Below the pieces are notes generated by a model. The model was not told the DNA's origin, ran no database searches, and was given only the letters and a program-made list of their open reading frames with translations. The position numbers were made by a program, and so were the translations under genes. A stretch of 58,736 bases of DNA, taken from Bryobacteraceae bacterium. GTDB taxonomy: Bacteria; Acidobacteriota; Terriglobia; Bryobacterales; Bryobacteraceae. Positions 8,782-16,637 of the stretch are shown here, one piece after another. The stretch lies in assembly GCA_039934475.1 (NCBI GenBank), contig JBDTMC010000001.1, positions 1-58,736 of the forward strand, read 5' to 3'. Every line of letters begins with the position of its first letter. The stretch's first letter is position 1.

Positions 8782-9761
8782 ATGCCGGGGATTTGGGAAA
8801 CTGATCTTCAACCAGTTATGAATTCCCCGAAACAGGATGCCACGTCGGAACAAGGCGTCGCGTGGGTAAAACATGCCGTGTCGCGTCACACTGGCTGGAT
8901 TTTCCGTGAGCAGACTAACATGGACAAAGGCGTCGACGCCCAAGTGGAAGAAGTCGCAGACGGGCGAGCAACCGGTCGATTGATCGGGCTACAGATTAAG
9001 TCCGGCCAGTCCTGGTTCAAAGGCAAAACCAGAGGCGGCTATACCTATAACGGCGATGCCAAACACCTCACGTACTGGCACACAGCCTCCCGATTCTAAT
9101 CGTCCTCTACGATCCGATATCAACCCAAGCCTACTGGCAGTGGGTAGCGGAGCAGCATATCAAAATCAATCCCAAGGGTTGGGCCATCAGTGTGCCACCC
9201 ACGCAGATGATCAACGCGAGTACCGCAGCAGCATGGCATCAGATTTGCTTACCCGAGTCCGACAAGCGTTTCATTCGTCGCAAGAGCCACTTCGAAGAGA
9301 TCGCCAACGCATTCTCGCGCTACCCAGAACGCCGACAGACCCTGATCTATGAGGCACTCAGCCACAGTCGTCACAGCATTTACCTCTCGACACCCTACGT
9401 CAGTGCAGACATCATCGCCGTTCTCGATTACGTTGCCGTCAAAACCCCAGTTCGACTCGTGATTGGTGACATTCAACCCGAGGAGGTCTGGAAGCTTCTC
9501 CGCTCGCGAACAAGGCCGGGCTTCGAAGTCCGCGTCGCCCTGCACCTGCATTTAAAACTGTCCATTTTCGACAGCCTCTTTCTCATCAGCGGTTCCGGGA
9601 ATCTCACGGCTATGAGCCTAGAACGTCAGACGGAACAGTTTTCTACGCTCGTTGACGAAGACGAGACGCAACAGCACCTGGAACACTTCTTTGACGTTTG
9701 GAACGACAGCATCGACGTCAATAACCTTCCAGCGTCTACCGGTGCCCGTGCATCAGCCTAA
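8782..9761 (+). pseudogene. DUF4365 (PD-(D/E)xK-like) - phospholipase D-family nuclease fusion, one frameshift
   Basis: ORF 8782..9099 reads ...NMDKGVDAQVEEV..TGRLIGLQIKSG...HLTYW, which is DUF4365-like. The expected continuation PILIVLYDPISTQAYWQWV... is in the frame of ORF 9192..9761. The break is at the C3 run 9089-9091. The C-terminal domain carries the HxKxxxxD motif HLKLSIFD (9549-9572) followed by GSGNLT. Confidence 0.7.
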
Positions 9762-9821
9762 GGCTTGCATACCAAGAGCCTCCAGAGTTGTCGGCAGACA
9801 GGAAGTTGACCGGATCCGTAC

Positions 9822-9866
9822 CCGGAAGTCGGCATTGGACAGTTCAACTTCCGAGTGGCGCGTTAT
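9822..9866 (+). repeat. R4 hairpin-type repeat, copy b
   Basis: CCGGAAGTCGGCATTGGACAGTTCAACTTCCGAGTGGCGCGTTAT. It has an internal 7-bp stem CGGAAGT/ACTTCCG. A degenerate inverted GGAAGTTGAC lies at 9801-9810. Confidence 0.75.
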
Positions 9867-10176
9867 CCGGACGGGGCAGTCAGGTCCATCATCACAGATG
9901 CGGACTTCGGAGTGCCGAGTCGCGCTTCGCAGCTACTGGCTCGCGCGTGTTTCGTCAGCTTGATGGCGACCGGCCTAATTCATGGAGGGCGCCTCGAACA
10001 GGTGTAAGGCAGATGGAGATTGCGACATTGTGGTGGAGCACGGCCGACCGGCCGCGGACATGGGGCTTGAGTGTGTGCTCCCTGGGTTCCTGACTTGCAA
10101 GGAACCCCAGGCGGCTGTGCAACAAGCTTGCCTTTGCGACGGAGGATGCCGGAACGGCGATGCGACAAGTTCTTTC

Positions 10177-10213
10177 CCTGACAACTCGCATCATTTTGAC
10201 GCGAGTTGTCAGG
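10177..10213 (-). terminator. 13-bp perfect stem-loop 15 nt downstream of the LTD gene stop
   Basis: CCTGACAACTCGC (10177-10189), 11-nt loop, GCGAGTTGTCAGG (10201-10213). No U-tract follows on either strand, so terminator function is uncertain. Confidence 0.4.
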
Positions 10214-10227
10214 CGGGGGCTAGGCCA

Positions 10228-10719
10228 TCAGCGCAGGGTATAGGCGGCTTTCGTCGTGGGAACCAGCTTGCCGCCGCTGCGGACCAGCACTTCACCCTCC
10301 GGCGGATTGGGATCGTAGCTTGCGGAATCGAGTGTCGCCTGGGTGACGGGGTTGTAGAGAGCCGGCGTGTCGCCTTCCTTGTTGTTCCAGACGTAATCCT
10401 TGTCCGTGAACAAGTGAAAGTCCGCCCCCCGAAGGTCTTCATCCCGGATCACGCTTTCGGGACCGCTGCCCGAGTGAACACGCACCGTTTTCCCCGGTTG
10501 CAGGGTCCCCTTGAACGACATGACCTTGTCCCAGGTGGGCGCTTGCCCGTGGTGATACGCCCGGTGCCACAGCTCAAGCTGAGCGCAGTCAAACTGGGCT
10601 GTTCCGTCGTTTATAAAATCGACCCATTCTGCCGCCAGTTGGGAAGCAGGGGTTTGTCCGTAGCGATTCCGGTCTTTACCCGCCGGATTGGGCTTGATGC
10701 CAGTGATCTGTAAAGCCAT
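10228..10719 (-). CDS. lamin-tail-domain (LTD) protein, 163 aa, no signal peptide
   Basis: MALQITGIKPNPAGKD...EWVDFINDG...LELWH...LQPGKTVRVHSGSG...YVWNNKEGDTPALYNP fits the LTD pattern (I..NPxGxD...EwVel.N.g...L.gw.l...l.pG..v.v.sg.g...iwNn.gD...L). Confidence 0.65.
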   Translation of the reverse strand: MALQITGIKPNPAGKDRNRYGQTPASQLAAEWVDFINDGTAQFDCAQLELWHRAYHHGQAPTWDKVMSFKGTLQPGKTVRVHSGSGPESVIRDEDLRGADFHLFTDKDYVWNNKEGDTPALYNPVTQATLDSASYDPNPPEGEVLVRSGGKLVPTTKAAYTLR

Positions 10720-10927
10720 AATTGAAAGACATCCTTAAAGCAATGTGAGGGCGTTGCCGCCGTCAAAGGTTCTTCGGGAACCTTCACTCTCCTTACGAAT
10801 AAGGGCCGGCGGTTTTCCCCCTGAGCCCGGGAATTATTTTTCCGGGGGGAAGACCGGGCCTGCTGGTTCGTATAGTCAGTGAAGGGACGCGGCAGTGACA
10901 AAATAGGCTATTGGTAAAGTCCGGGGC

Positions 10928-11509
10928 ATGGTGAATCGCTTCCAGAACGTCGATTTTGTGAGGGCCTACAAGGTCCTGTCACTCAGGGCGATGGGGATCG
11001 TCCGTCATTACGGCGGCCCGGACACTTTTGATGGCGGTTTCGACTACGAAGACGTTCTCGGAGAGGTCTTCCACGAGTTTTTCAACTCCCCGGACGGTCT
11101 GGGCTGGAAAGAGAGCAAGGGCAGCATCGAGGCCTTTCTGGGCAAGATCCTACACAACAAGATCGTCGATCATTTGCGGCGACAGAAACACCTTGGCGGC
11201 CCTCTCGATGACGACAGCCGGACCGTCGCGCCCCCGGCTTCTAAGAACAGCCCTCAGGGCGTAGCCCCGGCACGCGCGAAGACCGATTTCACGGCCAAGC
11301 TCTATACGCTGGTGGGCGATGACAGCCCGCTGAAGGATTTAATCGTGGCAGCCGAAATGATATCCGGCAGCCATAACGTCAATCAGGAATTGGGAGAAAT
11401 CTTGGACAAAACGCCCCATCAGGTATCCAAGCTGAAGGATCGCCTGCTGAAGAAAGAAGGGGTACGGGAACTTTATGCCTCGCGACAAGCAGCCAGAACA
11501 AGAGCCTGA
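10928..11509 (+). CDS. divergent sigma-70 family (ECF-like) sigma factor
   Basis: Region-2-like segment DYEDVLGEVFHEFF...SIEAFLGKILHNKIVDHLRRQKH. Region-4-like HTH NQELGEILDKTPHQVSKLKDRLLKK. The start codon is uncertain. Confidence 0.6.
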   Translation: MVNRFQNVDFVRAYKVLSLRAMGIVRHYGGPDTFDGGFDYEDVLGEVFHEFFNSPDGLGWKESKGSIEAFLGKILHNKIVDHLRRQKHLGGPLDDDSRTVAPPASKNSPQGVAPARAKTDFTAKLYTLVGDDSPLKDLIVAAEMISGSHNVNQELGEILDKTPHQVSKLKDRLLKKEGVRELYASRQAARTRA

Positions 11510-11909
11510 CATCCTGGACAAGCTGTTCGGAGACGCGGCGGAGCTTGCCGACGACGAACTGGACATGCTCTTTGCCGCCCTTGCGCCCGGCGCTGATCCG
11601 GCGGCCGATATTCACGCCATCGCCGAAGCGGCGGCGGTGAAGTACCGTATTCAAAACAAGATGCCGCCGGATCACGTCCAGGCCGCGATTGATGCCACCC
11701 GCGAAATCAAGACTCTCGACAATGTCGCGCCGTCAAAGCTGCGCCAGATCGTGGACGCCATCAAGTCACCCTTTACAGGGGCCGTCTCCGATCCCGCTTA
11801 TGCCTATCGGAACCGCGACGGCGAGTTGGACAACGACGACCAGGCCATCGTGGATGACCTGACGGACGAACTTCAGAAGGATTGGGATGACGAGGAAAAG
11901 GAGCCATGA
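11475..11909 (+). CDS. highly acidic small protein (144 aa), unknown function
   Basis: ORF overlaps the sigma gene stop by 35 nt and the protease gene start by 4 nt (ATGA). It is Asp/Glu-rich throughout (..ELADDELDML.., ..DGELDNDDQAIVDDLTDELQKDWDDEEKEP). An alternative start at 11565 would remove the 5' overlap. Confidence 0.55.
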   Translation: MPRDKQPEQEPDILDKLFGDAAELADDELDMLFAALAPGADPAADIHAIAEAAAVKYRIQNKMPPDHVQAAIDATREIKTLDNVAPSKLRQIVDAIKSPFTGAVSDPAYAYRNRDGELDNDDQAIVDDLTDELQKDWDDEEKEP

Positions 11910-12763
11910 GCCCGGCCGCCCAGCTTGCCTGCCTCGTGACTCAGCGTTTCGTAAAAAGCTCGCCGCCCGATCTCGCGTCCCTCTGCAAAGAGCTTGGCTT
12001 GCGCATTCAGGAAGTTCCTGCCAAGGGGTTTGACGGCGCTCTGGTGCGCAGCAAATCCGGGCAAAAGGGCATCATTGCGGTCAAGGCGAGCGTCCGGGAG
12101 GCGTCGCGCAAGCGGTTCACCGTCGCGCATGAAATCGGGCATTTCGTCATTCCGCACCACCGCCTGCTGAAGAACGTCTGCGATGAGAAGACAATCGACA
12201 GTTTTGATTCGCGGCTGAACCGGCCCGAGATCGAGGCCAACGAGTTTGCCGCGGAGCTTTTGCTGCCAAGCGCCCTTCTTGCAAAGCGATTCAACCTGAA
12301 AGAACTCTCGATCCCAGAAATCTCCGCGGTCGCCACGGAATTCGAAACGAGCCTGACGGCGACGGTTCGCTCTTTCCTTCGGCTGACGGCCCTGCCGTGC
12401 GCTATGGTCTGGAGTTCGGATAATCAGGCGCGGTGGTGCGCCCGCAGCGATACGTTCCGCTTCTTCCTGCCGCTTGCCGAGTTGCCGGCGGAAGGTTCCT
12501 TTGCCACCGGACTTTTCAAGGGCCGGATGGTCCCTTCGGATTTCGCGGCGGTTCCCGCCGAGGCGTGGCTAGAGCGGCAAGCCGCCGAAAGCGTGGAGAC
12601 GTTGCTGGAGCATTCCATTTACCTGCCGAACTACAATTCCGTGCTTACACTGCTATGGCTTTCTGAATTGGACACAGAGAGCTTCTCTCGGGAAGAAGAC
12701 GGCCTCTTGAACGAGCTTGACTCCCGAGAGTTTACGCTAGCTCGTCGAAGATGGCCCGGCTGA
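11906..12763 (+). CDS. ImmA/IrrE-family (COG2856-like) zinc metallopeptidase with about 130-aa C-terminal extension
   Basis: HEIGH at 12128-12142 (FTVAHEIGHFVIPHH), followed by EANEFAAELLLP. This is the canonical ImmA/IrrE arrangement. The C-terminal half belongs to no family I recognise. Confidence 0.8.
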   Translation: MSPAAQLACLVTQRFVKSSPPDLASLCKELGLRIQEVPAKGFDGALVRSKSGQKGIIAVKASVREASRKRFTVAHEIGHFVIPHHRLLKNVCDEKTIDSFDSRLNRPEIEANEFAAELLLPSALLAKRFNLKELSIPEISAVATEFETSLTATVRSFLRLTALPCAMVWSSDNQARWCARSDTFRFFLPLAELPAEGSFATGLFKGRMVPSDFAAVPAEAWLERQAAESVETLLEHSIYLPNYNSVLTLLWLSELDTESFSREEDGLLNELDSREFTLARRRWPG

Positions 12764-12870
12764 TCTCGCGCTACTAGAGCCCGTAAGATCTGAATTAATT
12801 GTAGATATGGGCGACTCGGACCTCTATTCACACCTTGCCCAGAACCGGCGTTCTGGGAAGCGTCCGGTCA

Positions 12871-12906
12871 GCTGCGAGCGAATCGTCGGCAAACCGGAAG
12901 TTGAAC
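12871..12906 (-). repeat. R4-related sequence, inverted orientation (copy c, partial)
   Basis: The reverse complement contains the exact 13-mer GTTCAACTTCCGG shared with 8566-8578 and matches about 27/36 positions of the R4a right half. The hairpin arm is not conserved. Confidence 0.45.
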
Positions 12907-13110
12907 GAAGGCTGACCGAAGCAAGTGCGAAGTGCAAGTGCTCGAATCTGCCCGGCCAGGATCCGACGTTCTAACGCAAGGCCGGCTGAGGCGGCCGCGA
13001 TGACGGCTCCTCGCGTGACTAAGCAACCCGTAGGCGGCGCCGTTGGCATTGGCCCGGCGACAAGCCCCGATTGAGCAGCCTATCGCCGATGGTATCTGAG
13101 GGCTTGTCGC

Positions 13111-16100
13111 CTACTTCACTTTCACCGGGTACGGGGCGTGCTCCGGTAACTTCGGCGAAGACTCTTTCAGCTTCTTGAGTAACTCCGCGACGCCGCGTTC
13201 GAGTTGGGGGTCGTGGCCTTCCATTAGGGACTTGGCGTCGTTCTCTACTACGATGTCGGGATCTACGCCGTGGCCTTCCACGGTCCATTCTCCCTTCGCG
13301 GTCGCGTAGCCGAACTCGGGTACGCTGACTCCGCCGCCATCCATCAGAGGGCCGTGGCCGCTGATGCCCACTACCCCGCCCCAGGTGCGCTGGCCTACCA
13401 GCAGACCGAGGCCGGCGGTGCGGAACATCCAGGGGAAGATGTCTCCGTCAGAGGCGGAATTGCCGTCGATGAGCACCAGTTTCGGTCCAATGAAGACGCT
13501 CGAGGGATACGCATTGGCTGTCTCAGTCGTACGGGAGTAGCTGACCGAGAGGAGCGGCCGGATCAACCTCGCGATCACCATCCGTGAGATGTTGCCACCC
13601 CCATTCGCACGGTCGTCGATCAGAAAAGCGTCCTTCATGAGCTGGGGGTAATACCATTTGATGAACTCACGGATCCCGTTGGCGCCCATGTCCGGCAAGT
13701 GCATATAGGCGATGCGGCCACCGGAGAGTTCGTCCACACGGCGGCGGTTTCGCTCCACCCAATCGTGATAGATCAGGTCGGCCTCGCTGCCCAGCGGACG
13801 GTAAGAAACCTTTCGCGCTCCGGTGAGGCTCGCCGTGGTGTTCAGCGTCAGCTCCACCGGAGCATCGCCGGCATTACGAAGCCACTTGTAGATGTCTTCC
13901 TTGGTGGTAACGTCCTCACCGTTGATCGCCAGGACGTAGTCGCCCAGTCGGGCATCCACGCCGACTTCAGTAAGTGGTGCCCGGAACGTTGCCTCTTCGT
14001 TTTGACCGCTGAAGATCCGTTCGATGCGGTACCGTCCCGACGCTGGGTCAACGCTGAATCGCGCTCCTGGCAGTCCCGCATGGGGACGGGGCGGAATCTG
14101 GTAGTCGCCACCTTCGATATACGTGTGCTGGACGGTGAGTTCCGCAATCATCTCGCCCATCACATAGTTCAAATCGGAGCGGTGCGCGACATAGGGCAGC
14201 AGCGCTCTGTAACGCTTCCCGATGGCTTCCCAATCGTGCCCGTGCATGTTGGGGTCGTAGAAGAAGTCCCGGTAGCGGCGCCACACTTCGTCGAAAATCT
14301 GATTCCATTCCGCGGTGGGAACGCGCTCCAGCATGAGGTTGGCCGTGGAGACAGCCTTCTTGGATGACGCGCCGGATGCCGTGGCGTCGTATACGTTCCA
14401 TTGCGCACCCTGCCGCACCAGCACCTTGGAGCCATCGCGAGAGAGATCGAAGCCGCCGCCGATGTCGTCGGCGAGAGTGGTTTCCTTGCGGTCCTTGAAG
14501 GTGTAGATGCGGAGCGACGCTTTGGTATCAGACGGCCGCCCGTAGTAACCGGCGGGCCCGATGGAATAGACAAGCGCACCGGTTTTCGCATCCAGCCCGT
14601 TGTAGTTGTTGGCCTCTACAGGGACTGGGGTGACTCGCTGGGCCAGGCCATCGAAGTCTATGTCCTTGTCCTTCTTTGCGGCTTCGTCCTCTTTGTCCTT
14701 CTCTTTGTCCTTCTCTTTGTCCTTGTCCTTGTCTTTGTCCTTTGGCTTGGCGACAGTAACCTCGTCGCTCTCAGGAGGGAACGGGTTCTTCACGTCCTTA
14801 CGCAGTGCCAGCGCGTAGATTCCCCCAGAGCGGTTGCCTGCGAAATCGAATTCGACGTTGGAGATCTGCGGATGGAATTCATGGTTCGCGAGGTAGTACA
14901 AATAGTCGCCGGCGGGGTCCCAGACAGCACTGTTTTCGTTAGTCAAACCCGAGGTGATTTTGCGAAGCTGGCCGTCCTTGATGCTCCAGATGTAAATGGC
15001 CGAGAACCCGGCGGCGTCGTTGATGCTGAACGAAAGGTAACTGCCGCCCGGAGACCAGGAGTAGTCGCGAATTTCGCCCTCCTTGCAATGAGCCACCTCG
15101 CGCGGCGTCTTGTCGGCGAGGGAAACCACCCACAGGCGGCCATCCTTGTCGGAATAGGCGAGGTGTTGATTGTCAGACGCCCACTTCGGATCGTAGCGGA
15201 ACGCTTTGCCGCCGCTGGTGATCTTTTCGGCTGGCGCGGAGCCATCCTGCGGCGCCACATACAATTCCTCCTCGCCGCTGGCATCGGAAAAGAACGCGAC
15301 TTTCGCGCCATCGGGAGACCAGGCCGGCCACTTGTCGTGGGCACCGGGGGAACGGGTAAGGTTGCGCGGAGTCCCCTTCTCCACCGGCGCGGAGAAGATC
15401 TCGCCGCGGGCGGCGAAGAGGACCCGCTCGCCTTTCGGGCTGAGGCCCGCCTGCTCCACGTGTGCGGAGGCGGAGATCCAACTGGGGCGGCGATTGACGC
15501 CGTCGTCGGGCACGGTGACTGAAATTGGCTTCGTCTTGCCGGTTTTCACGGCCAGAATCTGGAGCTCTCCATCGAGTTCAAAAACGATGCGGTCCTGGCG
15601 ATCGGAACTCGGCCAGCGCACATCCCACGTATCGTATTTCGTCACCTGCGTGGTCTTGCCGGTGCCGGTGTCGTACGAATAGAGGTTGAAGTGGCCATCG
15701 CGGTCGGAGTTGTAGTAAATGGTCTTGCCGATCCACATGGGATCGCGGCTGGAACGGGGACCTTCGGTGATGCGCTTGGCAGCGTGGGTTTCGGTGTCGA
15801 AGATGTAGAGGACGTTGGCGGTACCGCCGCTATAGCGTTTTTCGGGCCGGAAGTCGCGAGCCTGCGGGGAATAGACAACTTGATTGCCGCCCGGCGAGAA
15901 GGAACCCGCGCCGGAGACGGGCATGGGCAGGGCCTCCGCGGGACCACCAGCGACGGGGACACGGTAGAGGCGGCTGATTCCGACATTCCAGCTATCGCGC
16001 AGCGAACGGAAGATGACGTAGTGGCCATCATTGGACCAGCCATAGACCTGATTGTCGTAACCCCAGCGGGGGGCCAGTGGTCCGCGGGCGGGATAGTAGG

Positions 16101-16401
16101 TGAGTTGTTTCGGCTCCCCGCCTGTGGCAGGGACGACGTAGACTTGTTCGTCGCCGTCGTATTGTCCGGTGAAGGCGATCCACTTGCCATCGGGTGAGAA
16201 TTTGGCAAAGAGTTCGACGCCAGGGTGGGCGGTGAGGCGGGTGGCCATGCCTCCATCGGCGGGCACGGTCCAGATGTCTCCGCCGTAGGTGAAGGCGATA
16301 CGGCTATCGTGGATGTCAGGGAAGCGCAGCAGCCGCGTTTGGGCTACGGCGGGAGTGAGGACGAGCAGAAGGAGGGCGAGCGGGGAAGCGAGGCATTTCA
16401 T
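13111..16401 (-). CDS. tricorn protease homologue (S41-family, beta-propeller + PDZ + peptidase)
   Basis: RLLRFPDIHDSRIAFTYGGDIWTVPADGG..TRLT.HPG.E.FAKFSPDGKWIAFTGQYDGDEQVYVVPATGG is the tricorn N-terminal signature. The likely start is the ATG at 16399-16401 (MKCLASPLALLLLVLTPAVAQ, signal peptide) rather than the ORF-track start at 16449. Confidence 0.9.
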   Translation of the reverse strand: MKCLASPLALLLLVLTPAVAQTRLLRFPDIHDSRIAFTYGGDIWTVPADGGMATRLTAHPGVELFAKFSPDGKWIAFTGQYDGDEQVYVVPATGGEPKQLTYYPARGPLAPRWGYDNQVYGWSNDGHYVIFRSLRDSWNVGISRLYRVPVAGGPAEALPMPVSGAGSFSPGGNQVVYSPQARDFRPEKRYSGGTANVLYIFDTETHAAKRITEGPRSSRDPMWIGKTIYYNSDRDGHFNLYSYDTGTGKTTQVTKYDTWDVRWPSSDRQDRIVFELDGELQILAVKTGKTKPISVTVPDDGVNRRPSWISASAHVEQAGLSPKGERVLFAARGEIFSAPVEKGTPRNLTRSPGAHDKWPAWSPDGAKVAFFSDASGEEELYVAPQDGSAPAEKITSGGKAFRYDPKWASDNQHLAYSDKDGRLWVVSLADKTPREVAHCKEGEIRDYSWSPGGSYLSFSINDAAGFSAIYIWSIKDGQLRKITSGLTNENSAVWDPAGDYLYYLANHEFHPQISNVEFDFAGNRSGGIYALALRKDVKNPFPPESDEVTVAKPKDKDKDKDKEKDKEKDKEDEAAKKDKDIDFDGLAQRVTPVPVEANNYNGLDAKTGALVYSIGPAGYYGRPSDTKASLRIYTFKDRKETTLADDIGGGFDLSRDGSKVLVRQGAQWNVYDATASGASSKKAVSTANLMLERVPTAEWNQIFDEVWRRYRDFFYDPNMHGHDWEAIGKRYRALLPYVAHRSDLNYVMGEMIAELTVQHTYIEGGDYQIPPRPHAGLPGARFSVDPASGRYRIERIFSGQNEEATFRAPLTEVGVDARLGDYVLAINGEDVTTKEDIYKWLRNAGDAPVELTLNTTASLTGARKVSYRPLGSEADLIYHDWVERNRRRVDELSGGRIAYMHLPDMGANGIREFIKWYYPQLMKDAFLIDDRANGGGNISRMVIARLIRPLLSVSYSRTTETANAYPSSVFIGPKLVLIDGNSASDGDIFPWMFRTAGLGLLVGQRTWGGVVGISGHGPLMDGGGVSVPEFGYATAKGEWTVEGHGVDPDIVVENDAKSLMEGHDPQLERGVAELLKKLKESSPKLPEHAPYPVKVK
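14661..14746 (-). repeat. coding low-complexity tandem repeat (KDKDKDKEKDKEKDKED)
   Basis: Plus strand shows tandem TCCTTCTCTTTG / TCCTTG units. It encodes the KPKDKDKDKDKEKDKEKDKEDEAAKKDKD linker inside the tricorn homologue. Confidence 0.85.
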
Positions 16402-16457
16402 TGGTAAAGGGGCCTTGTTACAGCATAACGTGAGGCTTGAAAATGGCACCGGTTAAA

Positions 16458-16560
16458 CGCCTTGCGCCGGAAAAATTGGGGCAGGCACGAGTTTCCTCCC
16501 TTGAAAACTCCTGTATTTTCAGCCTACTAGGGTCGGAAAGTCATGCCAGCCCCATTTTTC
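16458..16560. repeat. direct repeat R3, copy a
   Basis: GCCTTGCGCCGGAAAAATTGGGGCAGGCACGAGTTTCCTCCCTTG...GGGTCGGAAAGTCATGCCAGCCCCATTTTTC aligns to 18142-18247 at roughly 80-85% identity. Confidence 0.85.
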
Positions 16561-16637
16561 GAGGACGATGATGATAGAGTGAATTCGACGGTAGTGGTGG
16601 AAAAGCGTTTGTTTTCGACGAATGTGAGCGATTTTCG

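Larger units (their letters stand above)
5118..12906. other. putative accessory/defence-type island without a recognisable recombinase
   Basis: Contiguous block of TA, HEPN-type, nuclease, LTD and sigma/ImmA genes. It is bounded by esterase remnants on the left and the tricorn gene on the right. It contains 2 of the window's frameshifted genes. Confidence 0.5.

Noticed and set aside
10081-10111. Strong hairpin CCTGGGTTCCT...AGGAACCCCAGG in the 9.87-10.2 kb non-coding stretch (possible sRNA).
   Set aside because: It is an isolated stem-loop without flanking promoter or terminator signals or a second copy. That is insufficient to call an RNA gene.
9982-10713. 243-aa plus-strand ORF, along with many other long ORFs antisense to confident genes (for example 14401..15522, 36632..37255, 38307..39047, 48627..49382, 55979..56725).
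   Set aside because: They are typical shadow ORFs of high-GC DNA. Their composition is Arg/Gly/Ala/Pro-rich, they show no recognisable motifs, and each is fully contained in a well-supported gene on the other strand.
10777-10800. ECF-type promoter-like GGAAC-N14-CGAAT upstream of the sigma operon (possible autoregulation).
   Set aside because: The spacer is shorter than the usual 16-17 nt, the -10 element is not canonical, and with a single occurrence I cannot distinguish it from chance.
13056-13111. 12-bp perfect inverted repeat GGCGACAAGCCC / GGGCTTGTCGCC abutting the tricorn stop codon.
   Set aside because: The loop is 32 nt and no U-tract follows, so it is not a convincing intrinsic terminator. 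It is kept only as a note.
14661-14746. Short tandem repeats that could superficially suggest a CRISPR or minisatellite array.
   Set aside because: Units are only 6-12 nt, there are no spacers, and they lie in frame within the tricorn gene, encoding a KD/KE linker.
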